From Chloroflexota bacterium (GTDB lineage: Bacteria > Chloroflexota > UBA6077 > SHYK01), in contig DASRDP010000084.1 in assembly GCA_035652535.1 (NCBI GenBank), positions 2,282 through 66,281 on the forward strand: a stretch of DNA of 64,000 nucleotides, in the 5' to 3' direction. The translations under genes and the position numbers were made by a program. Under the pieces are notes generated by a model. That model made no database searches and was not told the origin of the DNA. It was given only the letters and a program-made list of their open reading frames with translations. Below are positions 25,625 through 35,146 of the stretch, one piece after another; position 1 is the stretch's first letter, and every line of letters begins with the position of its first letter.

Positions 25625-26575
25625 TCAGAAGGGGAGGGGCGCTCCCACGCCGCGCTCCCGTGCGCGCTCGTATACGATCGCGGCGGCGGCCACGTCCTCC
25701 AGCGCGATGCCCTGGGATTCGAAGAGGGTGATCTCGTCGTCGGACCGTCGGCCGGGCATCAGGCCCGCGACGATGGGCCCCAGCTCCCAAACCTTGTCCC
25801 ACGAGAGCAGTCCTCGCTCGACGGGCCACGCCAGATCGCCGCTCTCAAGCATCGCCGCCTCGCGGTCGTCCACGGCGATGGTGCCTGCCCGCGTCACAGC
25901 GATCTCGTCCAGCTCCCGGTTGATGCGCACGTTCCCGCCGGCGGCGTTTACGTGGGTCCCGGGCTCCAGCAGGTTGCCGTCGAAGACCGGCTCCGCCGCG
26001 TTGGTCATGGTGATGACGATGTCCCGACCGCGAACGGCCTCCGATGAGGACTCGACCGGGCGCACCTCCTGCTCGAGGATGGCCGTCATCTTTTCGGCGA
26101 ATGCGCGGCGTCGCTGCGCGTCGCGGCTGTAGACGGCGATGGATTCGAGCTTCCGCACCTGGGCAACGGCGAGGATTTGGGTTTCGGCCTGGTGCCCGGT
26201 GCCGATGCAGCCGAGCCGCGAGGCGTTCGGCCGCGCCATGTACTTGGTCGCCACGCCGGACGCGGCCCCGGTCCGGACCTGGCCCAGACGGCCGGAGCGC
26301 AAGAACGCGACCATCCCTTCCCCTGCTTTGTAGAGCACGACATCCTGTCCGCGGGAAGCGCCGTACGCTTTGAAACCCAGGTAGCCCTTCTCCATCAGGC
26401 TCGCGGCCATGAGGTGAAATCGACGGCGCTGGAAGGGGAGCCGTCGACGGGGCTGGATGGCGGCCGCTCCGACCGCCTTGTCGCGGAAGGCGTCCTCCAG
26501 GGCGGCGATACACGAGTCCATGTCCAACAGCTCCGCGACCTGGGTCTCGTCAAGGAAGATGGCCACGGGTGGCAC
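25625..26575 (-). CDS. Ornithine cyclodeaminase / mu-crystallin family protein, OCD-1
   Basis: 316 aa. VRTGAASGVATKYMAR...GCIGTGHQAE (Rossmann) and NAAGGN are typical of the family. Confidence 0.8.
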   Translation of the reverse strand: MPPVAIFLDETQVAELLDMDSCIAALEDAFRDKAVGAAAIQPRRRLPFQRRRFHLMAASLMEKGYLGFKAYGASRGQDVVLYKAGEGMVAFLRSGRLGQVRTGAASGVATKYMARPNASRLGCIGTGHQAETQILAVAQVRKLESIAVYSRDAQRRRAFAEKMTAILEQEVRPVESSSEAVRGRDIVITMTNAAEPVFDGNLLEPGTHVNAAGGNVRINRELDEIAVTRAGTIAVDDREAAMLESGDLAWPVERGLLSWDKVWELGPIVAGLMPGRRSDDEITLFESQGIALEDVAAAAIVYERARERGVGAPLPF

Positions 26576-26686
26576 CTCACGATTCGAGAATCTGCACGGC
26601 TACCTTAGCACGAACGCCTTGGAGCCCCGGACGGGGGATGCATATACTCGGCTGTGCCCGGAGACACGCTGCTTTGGGGGAAATTC

Positions 26687-27670
26687 ATGGCCCGACCACG
26701 CTACGCGCGTCCCGTGACGACGCGCTCCGTCCTGGTCTTTCAGATCGCCGAGGAGCTGGCACGAGACAACACGTGGCCCTATCAGCAGGGCCGCGTGGTG
26801 ATGCGTCCCCAGGGGGGAGACGCGCCGGGCGTCTCGCTCTTCGGGAGTGACAGCCCCGAGGCCATCGACCTCGTCGCGCGCGGGGAGGTGCAGCTCGCCA
26901 TCGTGAACCCAGCGGCTCCCCTCACCCTCGCGTATCGCGGAACGGGGCCTTTCAAGGAGGCCATCCCAGTGCGGACCATCGCCGTCATCCATTCGCGCGA
27001 TGCGTTCGCCTTCGCCGTGAGCGAGAAGTCGGGTATCACGTCCCTGCGCGACATCAAGGAGCGCAAGTATCCACTCAGGGTCACCCTCAGAGGACAGCGC
27101 GACCACGCGAATCACTTCCTCGAGCGGGTCGTGCTCGGAGAGTACGGGATTACCTACGAAGACATCGAGGCGTGGGGAGGGCAGGTTCGATTTGATCCGG
27201 GTCTCCCGACCGGCACGTCAACGTCGGGGGCTGACATCGCGCACTCCCGGATCGATCTGGCGCGCGAGGGCGCCGTCGACGCCATCTTCGACGAGGCGGT
27301 CGGCACGTGGGTCGGGCTCGCGCTCGACGCCGGCATGCGGATCCTGTCGCTCGAGGAGCCGATGGTTCAAAAGCTCGAGGCGATGGGATTTCGGCGATCG
27401 ATCCTGGCAAAGTCGCAGTGGCCCAAGCTTCCGGCGGACGCCCTCAGCCTCGACTTCAGTGGCTGGCCCATTTACACGCACGCCAACGTGCCGGACGACG
27501 TCGTTCGCGCCTTCTGCGCGGCGCTGGAGGCCCGGAAGGACCGCATCCCCTGGCAGGGGGAGGGGCCGCTGCCCCTCGATCGGATGTGCAAAGACTCCCC
27601 CGAGGGGCCCCTCGACGTCCCACTCCACCCTGCCGCGGAGCAATTCTGGCGGGAACGGGGCTACCTGTAG
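26687..27670 (+). CDS. TAXI-like binding-fold protein with no signal peptide (paralogue of 18958..19965)
   Basis: ATG 26687 (the track ORF begins at GTG 26654). Motifs LAIVNPAAPLTLAYRGTGPF and C-terminal VPLHPAAEQFWRERGYL. Confidence 0.55.
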   Translation: MARPRYARPVTTRSVLVFQIAEELARDNTWPYQQGRVVMRPQGGDAPGVSLFGSDSPEAIDLVARGEVQLAIVNPAAPLTLAYRGTGPFKEAIPVRTIAVIHSRDAFAFAVSEKSGITSLRDIKERKYPLRVTLRGQRDHANHFLERVVLGEYGITYEDIEAWGGQVRFDPGLPTGTSTSGADIAHSRIDLAREGAVDAIFDEAVGTWVGLALDAGMRILSLEEPMVQKLEAMGFRRSILAKSQWPKLPADALSLDFSGWPIYTHANVPDDVVRAFCAALEARKDRIPWQGEGPLPLDRMCKDSPEGPLDVPLHPAAEQFWRERGYL

Positions 27671-27675
27671 CTCAG

Positions 27676-29382
27676 CTACGGATGCAGGTTCGCCACTCCC
27701 GGTAGGACGCAGTCGATGTCCGTGTATCCGAGCAGCGTACCGCTGTGAACCGCGGCGAGCGCATAACAGGTAAATCCGTTCGTCGCGGCCAGGGTGCTCT
27801 GAATCGTGCCGGCCAGCGGCTGGGTTAGGCCACCAAGCGTCACCAGGAGATAGCCGTCCTGTCCGTCGCCGACTGGCTGGTTCCAGGTGAGGGTGGTCAC
27901 GTTCGACTGGTTCAGCTTCACGGTGAAGTTCTGTGGCGCGCCGGTTGGTGTATGGAAACCGACGAGCGCACAGAGGACGTCAGAGATCTGCTGCGGGCTG
28001 GGACCCAGCGGAAGCACCGCGTAGCAGTCGAGGTCCGCGGGCGGCGATGTGTCCACGAACGAGATGGCGCTGGACGGGAGCGGCGTCGAGGGGAGGATGG
28101 CGAGAGTGCCGTTCGACATGCGAAGCCGCGCGATCAGATACCCGGTCTGTCCGGTGCCCGAATTCCAGCTCAGATGAACGCCCGCGCTGTCGGAGCTGAG
28201 GGCGAATCCCTTCCCGCCGATGGGGCCGCCGGTCGAGGTTGGCGTGGGTGTGGGCCCGCCGGGAAGCGACGGATCGATCACCGTGACGGTGTACGTGAAA
28301 TTCCTCGGCACACCGAAAACCCGAACATTCGAGACGTTTACCGTGTACGTGGTGTCGGGGCCCGATCCGAAGCTCGCTGTCGGGGCCCACACGATGGTGT
28401 TGTCGCCGAACCCATTTTGAATGGGCTGCACCACCACGGAAATCGGCGTGGCCCCCTGGGTCATCGTGACGGACGCAAGGCTGAAGTCGGCGCTGGGATA
28501 CGAGAATGACCACCGCGTCGGCGTGATCTGGAAGGGGATGAATCCCTGGGGCGGCCACGCCACGAACTCGGGCGACGCGGGCCGTATGCCGAAGCTGCCG
28601 ATCACGTCGAGGTCGTTGGACCCGGTGAAGCCGCCATTGGTCGCCGTCGTCGACCCCGTCCCCATCGACGTCTGGGGCGGGTAGAGGATCCAGCGTCGGT
28701 GGCCGACCGCGGTGTTCGTCGTGCCTTCGTCTGCGACGTACGCCATGACGGCGGCGGGTCCATGCGTGCCCAGCGCGAGGTTGGACGTCCCCGCCGCGAC
28801 TGCTCCCGAAGGCGTGTAACACGTGAACGTCGGGTCCGGGAAGTGGGAGAGACGGCCGCTGGCGATCATCATCAGCGCGGCCTGCTGGTCGTTCACACTG
28901 CGGGCCGTGTCGAGCGTCACATTGTCCGGCAATCCCGCCATCGCACGAAAGTAATTGACCGTGCTGATCGTGGCGGCCTGGTACGCATCGCTGTTGGTTC
29001 CTGCGACGCACCCGGCGATGCTGCCGGTCCAGCCGGCCGGAACGGCGAGGGCCGGCACGAGCACGGTGTTGTAGAGATTCACGACGGCCGTCCGGTCCAT
29101 CGTATTGACGGCGAATGCGCCGGCCTTCGGCTCCGCGCTCACGGTGGGCTGGAGAACAGAGGAGTCCGTGACCTGGGGCGGCGGACCGAGCTCGACGCCC
29201 GGGTTCGATTGGGCCGATGCGACCGTGGCCGACAGGGTGTCGAAGATGTCTCCACCGGCGACGCTCCGGAGCGGGGCCGGACCGAGCTGTGACACCAGCA
29301 GGGCGAGGGTGGCTGTAACCGCGAGGGGACGCCAGGAGACGGGGCGACCGGTCACATGGGGGACGCGGGTCAGTAAACGCAT
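27676..29382 (-). CDS. Secreted CAP/SCP (PR-1-like) domain protein with Ig/FN3-like C-terminal modules
   Basis: ATG 29382 with AGGAGAG upstream. Signal/TM WRPLAVTATLALLVSQL. CAP-like block YFRAMAGLP...NDQQAALMMIASGRLSH...VGHRRWILYP. Pro/Thr linker PTPTPTST. Two FN3-like repeats (HLSWNSGTGQTGY and TLTWNQPVGDGQDGY). Confidence 0.7.
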   Translation of the reverse strand: MRLLTRVPHVTGRPVSWRPLAVTATLALLVSQLGPAPLRSVAGGDIFDTLSATVASAQSNPGVELGPPPQVTDSSVLQPTVSAEPKAGAFAVNTMDRTAVVNLYNTVLVPALAVPAGWTGSIAGCVAGTNSDAYQAATISTVNYFRAMAGLPDNVTLDTARSVNDQQAALMMIASGRLSHFPDPTFTCYTPSGAVAAGTSNLALGTHGPAAVMAYVADEGTTNTAVGHRRWILYPPQTSMGTGSTTATNGGFTGSNDLDVIGSFGIRPASPEFVAWPPQGFIPFQITPTRWSFSYPSADFSLASVTMTQGATPISVVVQPIQNGFGDNTIVWAPTASFGSGPDTTYTVNVSNVRVFGVPRNFTYTVTVIDPSLPGGPTPTPTSTGGPIGGKGFALSSDSAGVHLSWNSGTGQTGYLIARLRMSNGTLAILPSTPLPSSAISFVDTSPPADLDCYAVLPLGPSPQQISDVLCALVGFHTPTGAPQNFTVKLNQSNVTTLTWNQPVGDGQDGYLLVTLGGLTQPLAGTIQSTLAATNGFTCYALAAVHSGTLLGYTDIDCVLPGVANLHP

Positions 29383-29737
29383 CCGTGCTCTCCTGCACAA
29401 TCGGCTCGTCGCCGATGCATGCGCCAGCCGGCACAGCGCCGTCCGCGGTGCGGCTTGACGAACCGTGAAAAATTATGCCGTACTGTTACCAGTGGGGCCA
29501 GCCACTCGGTCGCAGAATTGCCCGATTTGTTGCGCGAATCGGTGTGAAACCATCAACACGGGGGCATCCGGACGGACTGATCCACCCGTTCGCAGGGCGC
29601 GCCCCCGCAAAGACGAACCTGTAGCTCAGCTGTGACGCCCGCGGACAATGCACCGTGCTATGCTCCCGCCGTGGTATAAGCTGCCGCCGGGCGACCCCAT
29701 CGTGTTGCGGCAGCGAGCGGCGCTGGGGTTTCACGGA

Positions 29738-30409
29738 ATGGCGCAGAAGATCCTCGTCGTTGACGACGACAAAATGCTTCGCGATACGATCGAGTTCGTG
29801 CTCTTGACCCAGGGGTACGAAGTCATGATGGCTGTCCACGGTATGGAAGCCCTCCGCATCCTCCAGCGCGAAACGCCCGACGTCATTATTCTGGACCTCA
29901 ATATGCCGGTCATGGACGGGGTTGAATTCGCGCGGCAGTATCGCCGCAGCGGCGCTGCCGCGCCCATCATCCTGTGCACGGCCGACGACCCGTCCGTCGC
30001 AGGCATCAAGATCGGCGCGGCGGAGGTGCTGCGGAAACCGTTCGGTTTCTCTGCGCTGCTGGCAGCGGTGGAACGGCTTGCACACGGCAGCGCCGCGGCC
30101 GACGTCGGTGGAGCGTACGAGCCCCAACCGGCACGGAATGGGGCCGGCCGGCGAAAAATAGAAGAGCGCGGCCATGTCTCCGCCGCGGAGCCGAGGGTGG
30201 CCGTCGCAGCGGAGCACGAAGATGCGCCGCGCCCCGTAAATGGCACGACGGTTCCTTGCCGCGGCTGCCGCGCGATGATTCCCAGCCACCTCGCCTACTT
30301 CCTGCGCGGATACAAGGGTTACCGCTGCAGAACCTGCCACGACGCCCTCATCGATCGCATCGCCCGCCGTCAAGCCGCGCGGCCGCCTCGGAACCTCTTG
30401 ACGCGTTGA
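29738..30409 (+). CDS. Response regulator receiver domain with a C-terminal Cys4 (zinc-ribbon-like) tail
   Basis: ATG 29738 (the track ORF starts at 29648). REC motif KILVVDDDKMLRD...DVIILDLNMPVMDG...KP. Tail PCRGCRAMIPSH...YRCRTCHD. Confidence 0.75.
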   Translation: MAQKILVVDDDKMLRDTIEFVLLTQGYEVMMAVHGMEALRILQRETPDVIILDLNMPVMDGVEFARQYRRSGAAAPIILCTADDPSVAGIKIGAAEVLRKPFGFSALLAAVERLAHGSAAADVGGAYEPQPARNGAGRRKIEERGHVSAAEPRVAVAAEHEDAPRPVNGTTVPCRGCRAMIPSHLAYFLRGYKGYRCRTCHDALIDRIARRQAARPPRNLLTR

Positions 30410-30479
30410 GCGCCGCGGCCCGAGGTTCGGCCGGTCTCTAGGCGCAGTCCGGTTCCCGCCGCGCTCCCCGCGCGGCTTT

Positions 30480-32207
30480 TTAGGACACGATGTCCCACTC
30501 CTCCGCGTTCCACGGCTCGTTCGCGACGTCACCGCGGCCGGTCACGTTCTTCAGGCGGTTGGACACCATCGTCGGCTCGGTCGAGTAGAACAGCGGCAGC
30601 ATGCTGAGCTGGCTCGTTTGGATGTTGACGACCTGCGCGAGCGCCCGATTCCGCTCGCTCTTGGGGATCGTCGTGAGATATCGATTGATCGCCTCGTCAA
30701 GGTCAGGATTGCTGTATCGGGAGTTGTTCCCTCCACCGGCGAAGTGGTTCTCGGGAAGCGCAGCGGACGTGCTGAGGTAACGACGAATCCCAGCTGACGT
30801 CAACGTGTTGCCGGTCTGGACCAGCTCGAACGCCGGGAACTGTGCGCGATACTCCCGGTCCTGGGCAAGCTGCGGGGAGACGAGATTTTGATCGACACCA
30901 ACCCCCAGCTGCTCCCACGCGTTCGCGACGGCGGCCGTGGTCGGCGGGTGGATCGCGTTCTGCACCGTCGTGCGCAGCTCGACGGTGAGACGCTGGCCGG
31001 ATCCATCCAGGTAATACCCGTCGCTGCCCTTCCGATATCCGAGCCCCTCGACGAGCTGCGCGGCGCGTCGGATATCGAAGTCGTACTTGACGATGCTGTC
31101 CTGGATCGCCTGGTACTCAGGAATGGACGGGTTGACCCAGGTGTACGAGATCTGCGACTGCCCGGCCATGATGCTGTCGACCAGTTGCTGGCGGTCGAGG
31201 GCGTGGAGCATCGCCTGCCTGAATCGCAGGTTGGTGACGACGGCGGGATTGGAGTTGACGAATTGCACGTTGATAGGCGTCCACGCGCGTGTCGTCAGCA
31301 CCCAGGTGCCGTTCCACTGGTCCTTGATCTGGAGCGCTTGGTCGAGGGACAGCGCGCGCCCGATGGTGAGATCGGCGCCCGACAGGAGGTTCGCTGCGAG
31401 GGTCGTTGGGTCCTGGATGAAGCGCACTTCGATCTCGTCGATCCGGGGCCGCCCCAGGATGTACTTGGGGTTCGCCTCTGCCACGATGTGGCTGTCCAAC
31501 ACCCAGTCACGGACTTTGAACGGGCCGGTCCCGACGTACTCGCTGGACCAGTACGGGACACCGAGGAAATTTGCCTTGTCCTCGGTATATGCCCGCTCGA
31601 GCAGGTGCTTGGGTAACGGGAGAACGACCTCCTCGCTGAACAGCAGGTCGGCCTCGATGTACGGGTGACTCCACGTCACGACCACCGTCCGCGCGTCGGG
31701 TGCGTCCACGTGGTCGATGAGACTGTGGACGTTGTTCCGAGCGAATCCGACGTCGGGGTCCTGGTCGACCGAAAGGGTGAAGAGGAGATCGTCGGTCGTA
31801 AAGGGGTGGCCGTCCTGCCAGGAAGCTCCCTCTTTGATCTTCCACGTCGTGACCATTTGGCCATCCGACTGGACCTGCCAGAGGCCGTTGTCAACGGTCG
31901 GGACGTTCTCTGCGAGGAGCGGCAGCAGCTCGCCGTGGTAATTCGCGTGGACCAGCCCAACGTGAAGCAGCTGCTGGAGCGCGTCGAGGCCGGGTACGCT
32001 GGACACGCTCCCACTTGGATTCGTCCGTTCTCGCGCCATCGAGGGCGGATCCCCCCGAAGGCCAATCGTCATGCGCTTCGGTCCAGATGCGCTGCGCGCG
32101 CCGTCGGCGCCTCCGTCGACCGCGCCGCGGCTCGGAGTCGTGGCGCATCCAGTGACGATGAAGGCAACCATGGCAAGCGACCCGAGAGATTTGGCGACGT
32201 GCATCAT
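30480..32207 (-). CDS. Family-5 ABC substrate-binding lipoprotein, SBP5-2
   Basis: Start at ATG 32207 or 32204 after GAAGGAG. Lipobox IVTGC. Family block SDGQMVTTWKIKEGASWQDGHPFTTDDLLF ... GRPRIDEIEVRFIQD. Confidence 0.85.
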   Translation of the reverse strand: MMHVAKSLGSLAMVAFIVTGCATTPSRGAVDGGADGARSASGPKRMTIGLRGDPPSMARERTNPSGSVSSVPGLDALQQLLHVGLVHANYHGELLPLLAENVPTVDNGLWQVQSDGQMVTTWKIKEGASWQDGHPFTTDDLLFTLSVDQDPDVGFARNNVHSLIDHVDAPDARTVVVTWSHPYIEADLLFSEEVVLPLPKHLLERAYTEDKANFLGVPYWSSEYVGTGPFKVRDWVLDSHIVAEANPKYILGRPRIDEIEVRFIQDPTTLAANLLSGADLTIGRALSLDQALQIKDQWNGTWVLTTRAWTPINVQFVNSNPAVVTNLRFRQAMLHALDRQQLVDSIMAGQSQISYTWVNPSIPEYQAIQDSIVKYDFDIRRAAQLVEGLGYRKGSDGYYLDGSGQRLTVELRTTVQNAIHPPTTAAVANAWEQLGVGVDQNLVSPQLAQDREYRAQFPAFELVQTGNTLTSAGIRRYLSTSAALPENHFAGGGNNSRYSNPDLDEAINRYLTTIPKSERNRALAQVVNIQTSQLSMLPLFYSTEPTMVSNRLKNVTGRGDVANEPWNAEEWDIVS

Positions 32208-32329
32208 TGCTCCTTCACTGTGCCTCCTCCGCGATGCATGGCGGAGAAGGGCATTGTACGCTCGCCGCCGAATGCCAAGGACGGCGCCGATGCTTACAAT
32301 CAACTGCACGAATGCAAGGCGGGGTAAGG

Positions 32330-33538
32330 ATGAGCTTGAACGGTCACATCGTTGTGGACATGGATACGCACATCCGCGAGTATGCGGATCTCGACCGAAC
32401 GTTTATGCCGCACATGGATCCGGAGCATCGCGAAGAATATCAGCTCCTCTCGACTGCGGTGGCGAAGCGACGAGAGGCGGGCCTCACCACGGCCCTGTTT
32501 ATGCACCCGCAGGCCCTAGTGGAGCCGTCAGACGAGTCCCGGCCCCTCGGCGTGTACGACACCTTCGGCGTGGTGCGGGACGAGCAACGGCCCCGCCACG
32601 TCGAGGAGGCGCGCGGCGGCGCCAAGGAGCGCATCCCCACCGCCGTCCACTGGGACCCAGCCATTCGCCTGGAGGGCATGGACCGCGCGCTGACGGATGT
32701 CTGTGTGATCTTTCCGAGCGCAGCGACGAGCTTCTGCGCGTTCCGGAACGTGCGATTCGAGAGCGCGATGCATCGGGCATACCATCGCTACGCCGAGAAC
32801 TACTGCGCGGAGTCGGACGGGCGGCTGCGCTGGGCGTTCGTCGCGAACTTGCGCGACGTGGGGTCGACCGTCGCCGAGCTGACCGAATGGGCGGAGCGGG
32901 ATGACAACCTCGTCGGCGTAATGTTTCCCCCGTCCTGCCCGGACGGCCGTCTGCTGGATAACCCAGACCTCCATCCCATCTACGCCCGCGCCCAGGACCT
33001 CGATCTCCCGATCCTCATCCACGGCGGCGTCCTCCGCCCGCCGTACACCGCCGGCGCGACCGAGCTGGGCCACGCGGGCTTCATCATCCGCGCCGTCTAT
33101 CAACCCTGGGCGGGCATGACCGCGGTCAGCGCGTTGATTGGCGGCGGCGTGTTCGATCTCTTCCCCAGACTCCGAGCCGCCGTCTTCGAGACGGGCGCTG
33201 GCTGGCTGCCGTGGCTCATCGAGCAGCTCGACGATGGCTTCGAGGGACATCCGCACTTGGCCCCGAACTTGAAGCGGCGGCCATCGGACCTTGTCGCGGA
33301 GGGCCGGCTGTTTCACGCGGTCGAGTCGAGCGAGCGGTACATACCGCACTGCGTGGATGCGCTCGGGGAGGACGTGTGGCTCTTCGCGACGGACTACCCG
33401 CACACCGGGAGTCCGTGGCCGCGCGGAGTCCAGAACATCGCGGAGCGGCCGGAGCTGTCGGAGGGCGCGAAGGCCAAGATCCTCGGCGAGAATGCGCTGC
33501 GTCTCTGCCCGAGGCTCGCTACTTCTCCCAGGAAATGA
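32330..33538 (+). CDS. Amidohydrolase_2 family protein, AH-2
   Basis: ATG 32330 (TAAGGA upstream), divergent from SBP5-2. Motifs: N-terminal VDMDTHIR and C-terminal FATDYPH. Confidence 0.8.
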   Translation: MSLNGHIVVDMDTHIREYADLDRTFMPHMDPEHREEYQLLSTAVAKRREAGLTTALFMHPQALVEPSDESRPLGVYDTFGVVRDEQRPRHVEEARGGAKERIPTAVHWDPAIRLEGMDRALTDVCVIFPSAATSFCAFRNVRFESAMHRAYHRYAENYCAESDGRLRWAFVANLRDVGSTVAELTEWAERDDNLVGVMFPPSCPDGRLLDNPDLHPIYARAQDLDLPILIHGGVLRPPYTAGATELGHAGFIIRAVYQPWAGMTAVSALIGGGVFDLFPRLRAAVFETGAGWLPWLIEQLDDGFEGHPHLAPNLKRRPSDLVAEGRLFHAVESSERYIPHCVDALGEDVWLFATDYPHTGSPWPRGVQNIAERPELSEGAKAKILGENALRLCPRLATSPRK

Positions 33539-34373
33539 TCGCGAGCTGCGGGCGGCGCGCGAACCCCAGCCGGCCGTCGACGGTGACCAACGACTCCGCC
33601 AGCGACTCACGGATCCGCGCGTCGTGCGATGTATCGGACGCGGCGATGCCGAGATACTGGCGCGCTTCCGCGATGGCATCGTCGATCCCGTCGTAACGCC
33701 CGCCAAGGGCTGAACGGACCAGCTCGACATCGGGCCGGATGCCCAGAGAAAAGAGCAGGTTGTACAGCTCGAGGAATCCCGCTTCCGGCGCACGTCGAGA
33801 CCCGATCTCGTCCCACACGGGCCCGAGGACGCTGCCCATCTCCTCGACGCGGTGGAGGATGAAGCAAACGCGGGTTGCGCTGCGATCGAGCTTGTCGATG
33901 AACGAGACGGCGTCGGGAACGAAGTACAGCACATTCGCGACGAATGCGACGTCGTGGGGTTCGACGACCGCTTCGTCCCAGGTTCCCGGCACCAATCGCA
34001 CGTTCTGCACGCCGCGCGCTCGCGCCTCCTCCTCAAAAGCCGCGCGCATGCCGGGGGATGGCTCAACGGCAGTGACGCGTCCGACATCTGGCGCGATCGC
34101 CAGAGCGTAGCGACCAGCGCCCGCGCCGACGTCGAGGACCGAGTCGGTCGGCCGGACGGCTCGACGCAGAGCGAGGACAAAAGGATCGGTCGCCGCGTCG
34201 AGCGAGCGAGTGAGGTGCGCGAAGCGCGCGGCACGTCCGTCCCACCTATCGCGGCCGACGGCTGTCACGGTCGCGTCGGCGGCGTGGCGCGCCTCGACGG
34301 TGCTCCTCCAGCGAGCGGCCCAGTCGATATCTCCCGCAACGATGGGCGCATTCCGCTCCGCCACTCGGCTCAT
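33519..34373 (-). CDS. Class I SAM-dependent methyltransferase
   Basis: Motif I VLDVGAGAGRYA. The 3' end overlaps the AH-2 3' end by 20 nt (convergent). Confidence 0.75.
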   Translation of the reverse strand: MSRVAERNAPIVAGDIDWAARWRSTVEARHAADATVTAVGRDRWDGRAARFAHLTRSLDAATDPFVLALRRAVRPTDSVLDVGAGAGRYALAIAPDVGRVTAVEPSPGMRAAFEEEARARGVQNVRLVPGTWDEAVVEPHDVAFVANVLYFVPDAVSFIDKLDRSATRVCFILHRVEEMGSVLGPVWDEIGSRRAPEAGFLELYNLLFSLGIRPDVELVRSALGGRYDGIDDAIAEARQYLGIAASDTSHDARIRESLAESLVTVDGRLGFARRPQLAIISWEK

Positions 34374-34457
34374 GCCCGTTACCCCCGGCGCGTTTCCACG
34401 CGATGATCCAGCGAGTCTACCACGGAGAACGCCGGCCGCGGTCCGGAGCGGTTCCGG

Positions 34458-34874
34458 CTACTCCCCAAGGATCTGCACGACCAGCTCGCGGCTGCGAGGG
34501 CGGACGTCGAAATCGACCAGCACGATCTGCTGCCACACGCCGAGCGCCATTCGTCCGTCCTCCACGGGCACCGTGACGGACGGGCCGAGAAGGGAGGCGC
34601 GCACGTGACTATGGCCGTTCGCGTCGCCCTCGGTGAGGTTGTGGCGATAGGGCTGCGACTCCGGCGCGATGCGATCAAAAAAGTCCCTGAGGTCTTGCAC
34701 GAGGCCGGGCTCGTACTCCACGGTCGTGAGGGCCGCGGTCGAGCCTGGCACGAACACGGTGACGATGCCGCCGCGGATGCCGGCCGATCGCACCGTGTTC
34801 GCGACGTCGCGGGTCACGTCGATAACGTCATTTCGGCCACGGGTCTGGTACGTCAGGCGGTGCGAGCTGATCAT
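34458..34874 (-). CDS. yjbQ: YjbQ/UPF0047 family protein (secondary thiamine-phosphate synthase family)
   Basis: 138 aa with the family pattern VFVPGSTAALTT.EYEPG...NGHSHVRASLLGPS...G.WQQIVLV. Confidence 0.8.
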   Translation of the reverse strand: MISSHRLTYQTRGRNDVIDVTRDVANTVRSAGIRGGIVTVFVPGSTAALTTVEYEPGLVQDLRDFFDRIAPESQPYRHNLTEGDANGHSHVRASLLGPSVTVPVEDGRMALGVWQQIVLVDFDVRPRSRELVVQILGE

Positions 34875-35146
34875 GGCGCCTCCGAATTGCTGATGAGATG
34901 GTAACGCGGGGTGGGTCCGCGGTCCGGCGAGGCGCCCGGGCCCGGACGACGGGTATCATCCCCGTGGCACTCCCCGCCAAGAACTGACCGCGTGAAACGC
35001 CTCTTTGCCCAGAGATCTCCTGATACGCTGCTGTCCATCGACGTGCCCGCGTTCATTCTGGCGGCGGGCGTGGCGCTGAACGCCGTCTCGACCACCCCGC
35101 GACGGAGAGGCCCGGAAGGCCTTGTTTCGCTTGGTGGTGGTACGAT

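Noticed and set aside
29617-29640. tRNA-like string GTAGCTCAGCTG (D-arm look-alike), also at 27668-27677
   Set aside because: There is no matching GAGC D-stem closure, anticodon arm, T-arm (GTTCGAATC-like) or acceptor pairing in the flanks. It is not a tRNA or a tRNA fragment I can support.
34875-35146. TPP riboswitch upstream of the yjbQ-family gene
   Set aside because: No CUGAGA / ACCUGAUCUGGAUAAUGCCAGCG-type core is present on either strand. The family name (secondary thiamine-phosphate synthase) alone is not evidence.
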